From NCBI GenBank assembly GCA_964016885.1, contig OZ024742.1, forward strand, positions 62,124,001 through 62,188,000: 64,000 nucleotides of DNA, given 5' to 3'. The DNA is from Eledone cirrhosa (lineage: Eukaryota). The notes beneath the pieces are model-generated. The model saw nothing but the letters and a program-made list of their open reading frames with translations, had not been told where the DNA came from and searched no databases. The position numbers and the translations under genes are program-made. This document shows, one piece after another, positions 38,205-52,100 of this stretch; within the stretch, counting starts at the first letter, position 1, and every line of letters begins with the position of its first letter.

Positions 38205-41200
38205 TAGTAATATTAATTAGAGTAAATTTTATTCATTTAGTGGGTGTATTTTACCTCAATGGAATATGATCACGCAGGGCCGTTATATAGTTAGACTTCG
38301 CTTACACACCAAAAATCAAAAGTTCAAGACATTTGATCATTGACAATTGTTTCTTCCGACAGTAATATACCACAGATACCAAATTATTTTATATAACAAT
38401 TTTCCATCAGTGAGCATAGGCTATGGGTGTCATCAGAGTTTAATTAAAATTCCAATACAAATCACTCAAGAAAAAAAAACATATCTATCACTTATCAAAA
38501 TAAATCACAGTTAAAAAATATAGTTTAAAAACTATGGTGTCAGTTATATTAAAGGTTATTTAGAAGAGTAGTAGTTTTCTTAAATTGAATCGGAATTTAT
38601 AGTTTTAACAAAGCTATATTCATAGTTAGCACGGACAATCCATCGAATTTAACAAGGTTAAAAGATATTTACTGCTGATCTAACGTTATATTATGTTATA
38701 AGCAGTGAATATATATTATTATTGTTTCAGTTGTTACAGAGATGTTATATCTACTATACTAATTAGTAAATAATCGATAATATATAATTATATGTGAGAA
38801 GAGTATATTAGTATCAAAATAAACAAATATTTACGTGTTTCAGAATATCATTTCAGAGATTAAATGGGGGTAATTTAATAAGTTGAACCGGTGTTAAATT
38901 TACAAAATAGACTATTTATTATCTAAATATTATTGCCAAGTATTTGAATTACTATATGTTAAACATTTACATTTATTTAAAGGATATTTTATATATGGCA
39001 AATATATATAAGTGTGTGAGGTATTTAAGAAAATTAATTGTTTCTACTTTAGGCACAAGGCCAGCAATTACCCAGTGCATTACTGGTACTTTATTTTATC
39101 GACCCCGTAAGGATGAAAGGCAAAGTCAACCTCGGCGGGATTTGAACTCAAATCGTAAAGGGACGTAACTATGTTGAAAAACATGGCTTCCGACCCTCTA
39201 CTGATACTGCCAATCCACTGCCTGTTATATATTAAGAAAATTAATACTTTATAATGAACTATAATTTATTTAGTTCAAACCTTGAGGGGGTAAGATGTGA
39301 TAAGATAATTTATTAAATTTTATAATACATAAGTGTATGAGCCTACCTATAGATTATTACACTATAATGGATTTAACATAATAATTAGTTGAGATTCAAG
39401 GAGGCATAATCTACTTATTCTATTGTTAGGTATATATGCGGAGGATCTACCTAAGATTTCCCAATTGAATGTATATAGTATGTCCTTATTTTTTAATTCC
39501 TAGATAAAACTCGCTAATGATGTCATATCTTTTAATTTAGGTTTTCTAAAAGAATGAAGATGGGACTTAAATCTTGATTTTGAAACTATTTGAGGTAGTT
39601 CCTATGTAAAGTTTAACCTGTTTAGAGGTGTTAACTGTGCAACTGTAAACTATATTATCAGTTAAGGAATTACGGCTAAGTGGGCATACTGTCTTATTTC
39701 TACAGTTACAGTTTGGATTAATAATAGAGTTAGTATGGGGGATTGTAGGATATTGCTATTAATTTGAATATTACTGTTGCTGCGGATGCTAATATTATTT
39801 ATAGAGTTAGATGTAATTTGTATGTTACTCACAATACCAGGTGGTAGATTATTCATATTATTATTTGAAGGGTTATTTTGCTTGGATGTATTCAATAGCT
39901 GTTTGTTATTCATTTTAAAGGATTTGGTGTGATTTTTTTATTTTCCTATTGTTGCCAAAAGCCAATTGCGCGGCTATATTTGGTGTAGTTATGAATGAGA
40001 GTTTAATCCTATTTTTGTTAATTAGTTTATGGTATCTATGTCCAGGTAGGAAGTTTCTATCTATTATAGTGACGAAGAGCTTAGGTATATTAGTAGATAT
40101 ATTTAAACTAAATGGTGGGTTAAAAATGAGTTTATCTTGGTTTATGTTTATATTATTACATTGGTTAATCATGTGCGTGGATATATCTTTGATTTCAGGT
40201 GGTTTATATTTAGTGTTAATATTATTCTGAGTTATAGATTTTATGCGGGAGTTAAATGGTGTGGGCATATGTGTGTTTATTTTGTTGTTCCTAATATATT
40301 TTTTTACTATTATTATTATCTATATTATTGGTGTTTTGTGTTTGAGTAATCGTATTAATTGTATGGTTATGTAGATCATTATTATGATCTTTCAATCCGG
40401 ATTTTTTCATTACCATATTTTATGGCAATATATATTAAATTATTTGGCCTCCCCTCATTTACACTACCATTAATATTTAATAATTTATACTTATATTTAA
40501 TGTTATCAGTGTGACCCGGCCGAGATAAAGCTTCATTATAATATGATGCATTTTGCTTAAAGACAGTTTCGTTACAAGATAAAGTGCTAATCAAATTAGA
40601 TATACTCTTAACTATTGAGTTAAGTATTGCTTTAGGGTGGATTGATTTCTTATCAACGTAGTAGAGATGCTCGCCTGGTTTATGGTATGGTCTGTAAGTT
40701 CCTGTTTGGAGATCTAGAGTTAAATCTAAGAAATTGACCATATTAGTCTGCAGTTATAACTAGGTTATAACCTTTAAAGAGTTTATGCAAGTCCTTTCTA
40801 GTTCTTTCTATGTTGTGGTTCTTATACTCTAAAGCAAAAAGAGCATCATCTCGGTATAAACCACGCTTTAAGTATTGGATATTCATGCTAATTTCTCTCA
40901 ATAAATATAGTTCAAGATCAGTGACTTGGGCTGAATCACTGGGTTCCATTGTGATATCAAAGTTATTTGGCGTTACGGGGCCATAAGCTACCTTCAAATT
41001 CTATTATAGTCTTACGAGCTGCTAAAGTCATATCTATTTGGGATTTATTAAGGTTACTTAGTCTCATTGCCATGATAAGAGCTCGGTTAAGTAAATTGGG
41101 GGATGTAGGTGTGTAATATGTGTTAATATCAAATTGGATGAATTTATTAGAATTTCTATTCTCTATCTTATTAAACCAATCTATAACTTCATTAGTATTA

Positions 41201-41318
41201 TCCCCAAAATTAAATGGTGTTTTTTGTTTAATCATAGGGATGAATTTGTCTACAGTATTTTTACTAATTTTTCCTATGTCAGATTTAGAAGGGCATATCA
41301 ACCTTATTGTTGGGTTGG

Positions 41319-41320
<2 letters not shown>
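38205..41320 (-). mobile_element. Decayed Penelope-like element (YRDD-type RT + GIY-YIG, Naiad-like)
   Basis: IRLICPSKSDIGKISK, FIQFDI, GLYRDD, NFLDLTLDL, FNPPFS, IVYSCTV...LYIG; SINE inserted at 39036. Confidence 0.85.
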
Positions 41321-41392
<72 letters not shown>

Positions 41393-41812
41393 ATATAAAA
41401 ACCTTTCACGATAATTTTAAAGAAGAACTTTTATTAAGTAATGCTCAAATTATACTTAACATTGTTTCGACTTTTGGAACAAGGCCAGCGTTTGAATGGA
41501 AGAGGAAATTCGATTAAATAGACCTTAGTGCATTACTGGCACTTTATTTTATCGAGGATATCGAGGATGAAAGGCAAAGTTGATCTCAGAGGGATCTGAA
41601 CTCAGAAATTAAAGACCTGGAACAAATACTGCTTAGAATTTGCCGACGCTCTACCGACTCAATCAACCCCTGCCCATGCCCTGCGTAAAATTGAAGAATT
41701 CTTCCAGATATTATTACTTGCTACAAAATCAATTGAAACACATTGGCAGTGTCTTTGATTAGAAATATAGCAACAAAATGTTGTAATGGAGAAAAAGAGG
41801 AACCTACATTAC

Positions 41813-41960
41813 CGTTTGGTATACATTGGTGCCGCTTCTGACCAAACTTGCTTGATGGGATCAAAACAACGAACGCTGTTGAAATATTCTGTACCATCGA
41901 AGCCACCAATTATATATATTAATCGATCTAGAACGCAGGTGCCATGATAAGCTCGAAAAT
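41813..41960 (-). CDS. KLHL10: KLHL10-like coding exon 2 (DFRAYHGTCVLDRLIYIIGGFDGTEYFNSVRCFDPIKQVWSEAAPMYTKR)
   Basis: Acceptor ttttag|AT, donor CG|gtaatg; 148 nt, phase 1 to 2; Kelch repeat matching the KLHL10 RAYHG...YFNSV motif. Confidence 0.92.
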
Positions 41961-43786
41961 CTAAAATAAATAAAAGATAAAAAATAAAACGAAAAAAGCA
42001 ACATGATTTAAATTCAAGACACAAATTAGCTCCCTCACCACGCTTCTTCTCAACCAAAATATTCAAGCTACAGCCGGCTTATTTACTGTAGCCGCCTTTC
42101 CTTGCTTAGCCATTGATATATGAGGGAATTTGATATCATCGCCCTCATTTGTGTTTCTGCCCGTGCTGTAGGCTCATCTGGGGTCTTAGACAGTAGAATG
42201 CCGAGTTGCTCCATACAAATATCAGTTGTTTTGACAACATTTTAAAGAGCTGGGGACATTTGAACCCAAGGATACTACAGTATTTAGTCTTTACTCTAGA
42301 TGTGAAGGCTGTGATAATCGAATAGAACGAATAGAACGTTTTCAACCCATTCCAGTGATATTATTATGAAATATTTTATTCAATATTGAACGTGACCATG
42401 CTTCGCAGATTATCAGCTCTAGGTCTTATTCGATACAACAGACCTGACTTCATTTCAATCTGTAGATTTGAATCAAAATATTTCTCCCTCTTTTGTTTCA
42501 AATCTGACGAGCGGATCATATATATAGTTTATGATTTGAGAGATTCATACTGCAAATATAATCATTAATTTCTTAGAGACGAAAAAAAAACGACATGAAA
42601 ATATGTGCTAATAAGGAAAAGGTACATAAGGTACACATAGTCATCGTAAATGTCACATACTGTGACGAAAGAACTTTGACAAATATATTAATCAACTGAT
42701 TAATCAAGTAAATAACTAATTATCTAATTGATTAATAGCAAAGGTACTCGGCCCAGTAATTAGGGCGATGGTCTTATGTTTGTAAAAATATTGTTTCGAT
42801 TTCCAGGCTGCTTCATTCCACATTGCTCCATTTGTGATGGATTGGCGCCACTTCCAGGGGATAGTTTTTTTATTCGCATTCATTTAACGTCAGTAAAACT
42901 GGGATAAGCCCTAGCTTGATGAGCCTCTGTGCTTGGAACAGACTTTAATCCCTTTATCACCAACCCGCATGAAACCGCTCCAGATTTCATGATAAAAAGC
43001 ATTTGTTTTTAAGTATTCTTGTTTAATCCTTTCATTATAATTTTTCATTATAAGTTTTCTTAAGTTACGCTCCAATCGCTGACTTAATAGTAAGAAAGTA
43101 ATATTACTAAATCCTTCCAAATTATTGATTATTTTCAAAATTATTTGAAAATCATTGGCAGTGTCTTTCATTCGATATATAGTTAGAGAAGGGTTAACAA
43201 AATAATTCATTGATAAAAAAAAAAGTGAAAAACAACCAGTGCATGTTTTTATTGGCAATATCACCCTTCCAAAGTACAACAATGTAAGCTCTACCATTAC
43301 TATAATTGTCTCTGCTCCTCTGAGCTTTCGAAACTCGTGCTCCTACCACTCAACGACTTCCGACTCACTCGTCTTTCCTGCTCCCTTTACTTATGTTGTG
43401 CCCAACTCCCATTACCTCCACTAACCACTAGATCCAATACACCCTACCATATAAAATAGTTTAAAGTATGTTCCAAGTCCGGAGGCTCATCAGGCTGGAG
43501 CTTATCTCAATTCCATTGGCGTTAAGTTATTGAAAGTACTAGATTGCTTCTTGGAAAGGACGCCAGGCAACCTCAGGGTTAAAACCCAGCTACTACTGGT
43601 GTTAGTATTCATTTTCAGCTGAGTTGATTGGAGTTACGTGAAATTGTTTTGCACAAAAATAACACATCGAGACTCGGTTCAGGTTTCGAACCCACAACAT
43701 TCCGAACGTAATCCCAACGACCTAACTACTAGGCCACACGACTTAATCCCCACCAATGATCCGCATAAGTAACATTCAGTACGTAC

Positions 43787-44771
43787 CTGATTTAGTACTA
43801 ATATTTTTCACCCAAAGGTCGGCCCGTGAGTCATAGGTTTCTATTACATTAGTAGTACTATTTCCACTCCAACCCCCGAATATAAAGAGTATGTCATGAG
43901 GAAGTCTGGGACGTGTTATATGATTATTACAATCTAGTTTTAGTTCTTTCTCTACGTCGAGGTTACAGAGAAATTTCAAAGTTTCTATAACGACTTGCTT
44001 GCAACTCGTATTGTCTCTTATATATTCATGACTTTTCACCTTCTCTACGAAGTATTCTGTAGACAGAAGACCTAGTCTTATAGTTTGCAGCAACTGGCCA
44101 ATGTGTTCTACACGAGAGCCTGGGTCATAATCCACCCATCTAACGATGGCATTAAACGTTATCTCTTCACTTCTAACATTCAGTTCATCTGAAGCGAATA
44201 TTTCACACACATTAGCCGCACTCAACTGCAGGAACTCGTTGGATACTTTATAAACTTCACTGAAATTCACCATAAGATATCTGTGGGCAACCTGCTGAAG
44301 CTCCTCACAGAAATATATTTGGGCGAATTTCTCGATTCCGATACAATTGTGTGCATTTAGTTGTGATATGAGATATTCAGAACAGATTCTTAGTAAACCT
44401 GTGATATTGAAGTAATCGGCAGCAACTAGGAGAGATTTCACATTTCTGTGGTTAATACAACAATCCTGGGTATAAGCAAACTGAATAATGGATCGCATAA
44501 TGTCCACTGTGATGTCAGTGATTGTAACTTCTTGACGGTTTATCTCGAATTTTTCGTTTGTGAACAACACTCGGAAATAGGGGCTGCAAGCAGACAAAAT
44601 GGCACGATGAATCATGAAGGACTCTTCGTCTACTTTGATTACTGCATCACACAGTTGACCCGTATTACGCAATTCCATCAGTACATTGCAAGCCTCTGTA
44701 CCAATTTTATTCTGCAAGGAAACTTTTGTAGTCTCATTCGAAAATTTAAGATCCTTTGAATTTGAATACAT
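43787..44771 (-). CDS. KLHL10: Kelch-like protein 10-like, coding exon 1 (BTB + BACK + start of Kelch 1)
   Basis: ORF has the BTB motif (GQLCDAVIKV..F.IHRAILSACSPYFRVLF), a BACK domain and 'RPRLPHDILFIFGGWSG..TNVIETYDSRADLW', as in KLHL10. Donor TCAG|gtacgt at 43786, phase 1 (985 nt). Confidence 0.92.
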
Positions 44772-44981
44772 CTGTTAGTTGAAATGTAACTAAATAATAT
44801 TACAGGAGAGGGATTTGTTTGTTTTTAAAGACGTATTTTCTCTCTTCTAATGTTGCAACCGCTTGATGTTATCAACGAAATATATGAACACCCTCTTTCT
44901 TTTGTATCCTACAAGTTAATTTACAGATTCAGCTCTTTAGCGCGGATGTTTGTGTTGTTTGCTGTCGACAAACAATTCAAG

Positions 44982-44991
44982 ATGACGTCAT
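44982..44991. promoter_or_regulatory. Perfect CRE palindrome ATGACGTCAT about 210 bp upstream of the KLHL10-like ATG
   Basis: TGACGTCA at 44983-44990 in non-repetitive sequence upstream of the gene; function is inferred only. Confidence 0.35.
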
Positions 44992-46683
44992 TCAATCTTG
45001 GGATGTAATTTAAATAAAGAACGCTGTAAAAGACATTTCTTGGTTAGTTGAAAGTGTCTGCGGTTAAACACTATTCATTCATAAATATAAATTTTCTTTT
45101 TTTCTGTTTTTGATTGCTAAGTAATACTATTAATTTTACTAAGTTATAATTTGAGGAAAAAACAATATTTTTCGTAAAAGTAATTCTTGTTTTGATTCTC
45201 TGTCTCTTTATCCCTCTCTTTTTCTCTGTCTCTCCCCCCACATTTACCATCCCTTTTCTACGAAGACGTGAGATAAAAAAAACGGTGTCGCTGCCACCAC
45301 TACCACCACTATCTCTCGCTAACACACTGTTACCACCGTCTTTCACGTGTGACAAACCTTTCAATCGATAGATTGAACAGCTTTAACACATTATTTTGTC
45401 CGTTTGTTCTGTCTTTATGAAGTGCAAAAGTGCAGGGTGGATGTTGTTTCATGGTCCCATTAGATGGAATTACGGATATGATATTTCGAAAGCTAGCAAG
45501 GGAGATGTGCTGAATTCTGAAAGAGCCAGTTGAACGCGTGGGGCTATGTTTTGCAGAAGACCATCTCCCTCTTGACCGCAGTTAGTCGGAAATAGATTTC
45601 TGTACATGGTTTTAGAAATACACTAGACGGCTACCTACCGTTTCACAAGAAATAGGTAGTCAGTTAATGGCTATTTTTTAATGAGAAACATAGTGATCCT
45701 GTATAAATTTATTCCAAATGCAACATTAATAACATTTATAAAGGAGCTACACAGTTCTTTTTTTACTTCTTAAAATTTTTACTTGCATATCAATAACCTG
45801 TAGCAGTGGAAACCTCTTTATTCACTAATAGCGGGGTGGAGTGATGCCCGCAAGTAGAATGGCTATTCCAACGCGTCTTCCTCTCTGTCCTCCGGGGCAA
45901 CGCTTTCTCCATTTTGTCCGCTAGGACCACGAAACAGCCTGCACATAGGCTACCACACAGCCGAGAACGCTCAGTCTCACCGCCTTGGCCCACATCATTG
46001 GGATAGCGATGTTATGACAGTGCTATTTCTTTCATATTTTCTCTCATTTTGAATGTTCTATGGACTATAATATTAATTATTCTTTCGTCACTCTTTATAA
46101 CCCACTATAAAAGAAAATAACTGTTTCTACTTTAGGCACAAGGCCAGCAATTACTAAGTGCATTACTGGTACTTTATTTTATCGACCCCGTAAGGATGAA
46201 AGGCAAAGTCAACCTCGGCGGGATTTGAACTCAGATCGTAAAGGGACGTAACTATGCTGGAAAGCATGGCGTCCGACCCTCTACCGATACTGCCAATCCA
46301 CCGAAAATAACACAAACGCATAACATCCGTGATAACCCAGTCAATGATGATGTCATTCAAGTTGTAGAATGTTGTTAGTAGTACACATGCTGGTATCATT
46401 TTAATTGACTCGGATATTCTTTCCGGCGGCATCAAGATTAGCCTAGTGTGTATCTTACCTACTACTGTTTATGTTATCACCAAGGGAAGGGGCAGAGGGA
46501 AGACAACTGCTGTCGGGGTCCAGGACTTGAATTTATGGGTTCCGTGTGAAGGAAGGGACCGAGTCCATGGTCTGTTTTCCCAGGAGGCTCCGAGACTGGA
46601 GAGATGGATGTCATTGATGTTTTGTTTAAATTGTGGGTTCTCTCGCTTGGGAAAAAACATGAGCAGGAAGAGAGAGAGAGAGA

Positions 46684-46798
<115 letters not shown>

Positions 46799-46879
46799 CT
46801 TTAGATAGCTGAACTTCTGGAAGAACTGGGTGTAGTAATTAATACGAAGCATAGGGCGAGACTTAAGAATAATATGGGT

Positions 46880-49800
46880 AATTCGGCGGCTACGAGGTGT
46901 ACATCTCCAAGCCGTCCCGGATCTGGGTGAGGGGGAGTGACTGTGTTGTTCTGGAGAAGTCTGGATCTCGAGATACGGGCCATCTTCTTGGACCCCGAAG
47001 GTAAGTTGGTGGTGCTGGACGTGACCAGCGGAGAAAGGCACACTTTCAGGCTATGCCCCGACAAGGGCAGGACGGCCTGATTTTTTTCGGTGACTGGAGA
47101 CCTTTCTTGGAACGTCCTGCTTTTTAGTGTTAGTGGGCGACTGGAACGAGCTCTTAGATCCACGCTGGGACTGTGTGGGATAAGTGGATAGAGGAGAAGG
47201 GTGTAAAAGACTTACAAACATGTTCAGACGTTTTCAACTGTCTGACAGGTATCGTCTGGATTTCCCGAATGTGCCAATGTGGACATAAACAAACCACATC
47301 GGGACATCCTGATCGTATCTAGATAGGGTATTTTGTAGGGAAATAGATAGGTCTAGCATAAGCTGTCCACAATTCAACATAGTCGACTACACGGACCACA
47401 AATTAGTGATCTGTGTGGTCGATTTAGATAGGCTTCATAGACAGGGACCCGGCTACTGGAAGCTAAACGCGTCGTTGATTGCGCGCAAAGCCTACAGAGG
47501 CCGGATTAGGGAACTAGTTAAGCGGGCGTTGACGGGGGCAATCGTCAACAACAAATGGAGGTTCGTCCTGAAAAGAGCAATTAGAAAAGAGTTCATTAGG
47601 TTTAGTAAGGCGTTCGCAATGGAGAAAAATAGAGAGGAAGAACGAGTTAGAAAATTAGACGAGGCGCATAGTAAAGGCATCGCGACCGACGTGCTTGCGG
47701 CAAAATTGGCCCTTGATCAATTCTTCAACGTAAAGCAAGATGGCTGCGTTGTCAGAGCTAGGGCACGTGCTCTCAGACACGAGGGGACGAAAGCCGTTCG
47801 ATGGGCCCGAGTGGCGGAGGTGTGTCGTGGCAACAAAGCCACGATCCGGTCTTTGGAGGACCAAACGGGCGCATGTTACACAATTCCGGGAAAATGTGTG
47901 CGGTTTTTCAGCGACACTTCGCTCAGCTGTTCGGAGGCAGCGGCGGGCCGGATCGTGGGATGGACTTTAGTTCCTACCTCAACGGACTGCCGCGGTTCTC
48001 GGCCACTGAGGCGGAGGGTTGCGAAAAGCCGATAACAGCCGCTGAAGTACGGGAGGCAATGACTGGCTGAGCAATGGGTAAATTGCCTGGTTTGGATGGT
48101 CTGCCCTACGAGCTTTACGTACACATGCCAGACTTGTTCGGCGACCTCTTGGCGGAGTGTAATACTACTGACAGCAGAACGGGAGAATTCCCAGCTCTGT
48201 GAGGCGAGGAGCAGTGGTGCTGCTGAGAAAGGACCCGAGCAAGGTGGACAAGATAGATAATTTCAGGCCCATAACGCTGCTAAACGCAGAGTTCAAGATT
48301 TTGGCCAAGGTGCTAGCAAAGAGGTTGGCACTTGTCGGTCGTATGGTGGGAGAGGCGCAGCATGCACCATTCCAGACAGATCCATCCACGACAACCTCCA
48401 CCTCATGCGATTCATCGTGGAGAGGGTAGCTAGGGAACCTGGCACGGGTAGGTCCTTGATCAATTTAGATCAGTCGAAAGCTTTCGATAGGGTCCACCAT
48501 CGCTTTCTGGCCGCAGTCCTCGAGGCAGCCGGTTTCGGGCTCGTCTCCAGAGGCTGGATCGCTGCCATGCACAGCGACATCTGCTCTGTGGTGAGAATGA
48601 ACCGTTCAACATCATGCGCGCGGTCCGCCAAGGATGTCCCCTCACGTCGCTTTTATACGTATTGGCCCTCGGGCCATTACTGCACAAATTGGAGGCGATG
48701 AGAGGCGTCCCACGCAAACTGGGATGTGGGAGATCCGTATCAGCTTACGCCGACGACGTCACCGTGATGGTGTCAAGCACCGGACATGTCCAGATGCTCG
48801 GCACCGCTCTCAAGGAATATAAAGCAGTGACAGGAGCAAAGTTAAACCAGGTAAAGTCGATGGGCTTGTAGCTCGGGACCTGGAGAGGTAAGTCCCAAGC
48901 CGCCCGACAGCGTCGTGGGGCGCTGGACGGAAGGACCGGTTAAATTGCTCGGCATCTCGTTCGGTCTGGACCTCCAGATGAAGAAGAACTGGAGCGAGGT
49001 GATGGAAAAACTGGAACGAGAGGAAGCTGTCCCTGAAAAGTCGGACAGAGGTGACTAATGCGTTCATCGCATCCGTCATCTGCTACCGCCTAACCGTTGT
49101 GCCTTGCCCCCGCCCAGCTCTGACAAAAATGGAGCGCCTCCTCTTCCGCTTATTATGGAAGGGACGTGCTCCCATGGTCAGACGATCCATCTGCTGTCAG
49201 CACCCGTTACGTGGAGGACTGGGCAGCCGTGGCTGATGATGCACAAATAGGCGCTGAGGCTGCGACATCTCTTGTGCTTCCTTGACGGTGAACAGATGTG
49301 ATCGCCGTTTGTCAGACGTGTTTTTTCCCAGCTCGTCTCATTAACGGAGCTGCAATCCTGGATCAGGAAAAGACCGAGGAATAGCGCTTGGAAGCTGGAA
49401 TGTCTCCAAGCACTCACCGCCTTCTACTAGCTGGGCACTAGTATCGGTGGAACATCCACCTCGGCGTTCTATAGAGGACTAGTGGAGGGGAAGAGCGACG
49501 ACGTTTTCAGGGAGACCCTGGGCGTCGAAGACGATCAGCTGTTTGCTCACTTCAAGAGAACTGTCAGCCTGGGGCCTATGGACAACTTCCAGAAAGCTCT
49601 GGCCTGGCAGTGCTACCCGGGAGCGTTGCCGATTCGAGATAAGCTCTGCAGGCACGGAAGTGCCATCAGCCTAACCTGTCCGAGAAGCGCGCAGGGTGAC
49701 GAAACCGTTGTGCACGCATTCGTTCAGTGTCAGAGCATTGCTGACTTGTGGAGCTATGTCGAACATTTGCTGTCACGTGTAGGACGGATCCTGTTATCGA

Positions 49801-50355
49801 CTGAGTCCATTATGAAGATAGCCCCGCCGTCCTCCTTTAAGGAGGAGTAAGAGCAGGCAGTTTTCATCTGGCGAAAGAGATTGTATGGTGGACAAGGTTG
49901 AAAGGATTGAAGACGGATACTTTCCTCTTCGGCCAATCCCTGATTAAATTTTCCAAATTTCACTTGAAGAGGAAAATCAGGGTGGAGAGGCAAGTGCTGT
50001 CTTTTAGTAAGTTTGTTGAACGGTGGGTGAAAGTGGCGAATCTGGTCCGAGTAAACAGGCCTGTTCTGAGTATGCGCCTGTAGACTGAGGAGTGGGAGAC
50101 CTGAGAATGGGGGCTTGCCCTGGTGGTCAGGGTGGCTGTGGTCTTTTGTGTGGTTTTCACCACGAGGGACCCTCGGAGGTTTCCCCTTTTTGGGGAATTT
50201 TTGTTGTTTGAATTTTTTGATTTGTTTTTACATATTTCTATCTTATTGTTATAACATTTTTACACGGCCAAAACCCAATTTGTACCGTCCTGTACCGTTC
50301 TGTGCCGTCTGTAATGTTTTTCTGCATGTTAGCCCTTGTGGCCAATAAAGAAACC
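46880..50355 (+). mobile_element. Tx1/L1-like LINE ORF2 (APE + RT + zinc knuckle), decayed
   Basis: VGDWN, YLDR, TDHK, GYWKLNAS, PGLDGLP, FRPITLLN, LDQSKAFDRV, VRQGCPL, AYADDV; 3' aataaagaaa. Confidence 0.9.
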
Positions 50356-50384
50356 ATTATTATTATTATTATTATTTTTTTTTT

Positions 50385-50975
50385 GAGTCTCAGTCATTGA
50401 TGTTATTTAACTGGAAAGTTTGTTGAAATGAATATTAAGCCGCTACCTGCAGCCTCAGACATTCAGGACGTATCGGCGGGTTCTTGCTGTTCCCAGCAAG
50501 CATGCCTTTTGAAGTGTTCCAAAAAGCAGGGCTGGACTAATCTTTAACCATCTTTGGAAACTCTTTGAGATAGTACCTAGTGCGCCTATGACAATCGGGA
50601 CGAGCTTGATTTCATGGCAGTTCCAAATCCTTTTTAACTCCACTTTAAATCCTGGTATCGGTTAATTTTCTCCCTCTCCTTTTCTTGCACTCTCGTGTCA
50701 AATGGGCAGGCTACATCTACAATTAGGCACGATCTTTTTTCCTTGTCCCAAACCACCAGGTCAGGCCTATTGTGTTCTAATTTCTTGTCCGTCTGTATCC
50801 TTTAGGACCTTCACCTGATCGTTTTCTATCACCGACTCTGGCTTATGCTCATACCACTTCTCAGAATGTGGTAAATTGTTTACTTTGCATAAATGCCAGT
50901 GGATCACCCTGCCTATCACAGCATGTCTCTAGCCTTTATAGTGAATCTGGGCTAGATGTTTACACTCGGATACAA
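50385..50975 (-). mobile_element. R4/Dong-like RLE retrotransposon 3' fragment ending in (TAA)n
   Basis: RH..IGRVIHWHLC, HNRPDLVVWDK...IVDVACPFD, VPIVIGALG, LQKACLLGTAR. Confidence 0.82.
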
Positions 50976-51020
50976 TGTTAAAAAATGAAATTGATTGATT
51001 GATTTTGCTAGTCTTCCACT

Positions 51021-51410
51021 GAAGCAGGTAGAGAAGTTCAAATACATCGAGGCCGTGTTCACGAGTGATGGAAGGCTGAATTAAGTGCGAGGATTGCAAA
51101 AGCTGGTGCAGTAATGCGCCAGCTCCAGCATTCAGTAATCAGAAGAAGGGAGGTAGGTGTACAAGCCAAACTCGCTGTCTACAGTTCGGTATTTCTGCCA
51201 ACCCTAACCTATGGTCATAAATCTTGGGTAATGACCGAAAGAATACGATTGTGAATACATGCGGTCGAAATGGGATTCCTCCGAAGGGTCATTGTAGTCA
51301 TTACTCGATAAAGTGCGTGGCTCGGAGATCAGAGAGTCACTCCAGGTAGAGTCACTACTACTCCGAATTGAGAGATCACAGATCAGATACTATGGGCATG
51401 TGGTTAGAAT
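51021..51410 (+). mobile_element. RTE-type LINE fragment
   Basis: QVEKFKY, PTLTYGH.SW, EMGFLR, RYYGHVVR. Confidence 0.8.
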
Positions 51411-51412
51411 AT

Positions 51413-52100
51413 TTCTTCTTCTTCTTCTTCTTCTTCTTCTTCTTCTTCTTCTTCTTCTTCTTCTTCTTCTTCTTCTTCTTCTTCTTCTTCTTCTTCTTCT
51501 TCTTCTTCTTCTTCTTCTTCTTCTTCTTCTTCTTCTTTTTCTTCGCTCACTTATTTCTGTGAGGATCGTGGGGACAGAGTCATCAAACACCCTTCCAGGG
51601 GATCCTGTCAGAAGCAACCGTCTCCAATTGGTCCGCCTGGATCCCCAAGCGAGACCCACCAAGTTAATCGATGTTATCCAACCATCTTGTTCGGGGTCTA
51701 CCCCTGGGTCTCCTGCCAGTTGGTTTTGCCCGTAAAATCTGTCCAGCGATTCTTTCCGGAGACACTCTAACCCCATACCCATAGTACCGGAGTTGTGATC
51801 CCTTAATTTACAGAAATAGCGGCTCTACCTTCTGGAGTGACTCTCTGATCTCCGAGCTACGCACCTTTTCGAATAACGTTACTCCAAAGACCCCTCGGAG
51901 GATCCCCCATTTCGGCCGCTTGTATTCACGATTGTATTCTTCAAGTTATTATCCAAGATTCGTCACCATAATTAAGGGTTGGTACAAATACCAAATTGAA
52001 GATAGCGAGTTTAGCTTTTACACCTACCTCCCTTCTTCCGATTTCTGAATGCTGAAGCTGGTGTATTATTGCACCAGCTTTTGCAATTCTTGCACTTCTT
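51413..52100 (-). mobile_element. RTE-type LINE 3' fragment with long (GAA)n tail
   Basis: Reverse complement of the 51021 and 9620 family; (CTT)n at 51413-51544. Confidence 0.8.

Noticed and set aside
38335-38445. Minus-strand CTGATGA and GAAAcaattgTC in the 3' region of the Naiad-like PLE
   Set aside because: Position fits a decayed hammerhead, but stems I and II do not pair, so it was not counted.
41743-41756. TGGCAGTGTCTT (miR-34-like 5' end), repeated at about 43155
   Set aside because: Only 12 nt match and no precursor hairpin; part of a short duplicated intronic segment.
42910-43500. (C/T)TGATGAgcctc...ggaaca motifs at about 42916(+) and 43490(-)
   Set aside because: SINE tail sequence; GGAA instead of GAAA and no stem I.
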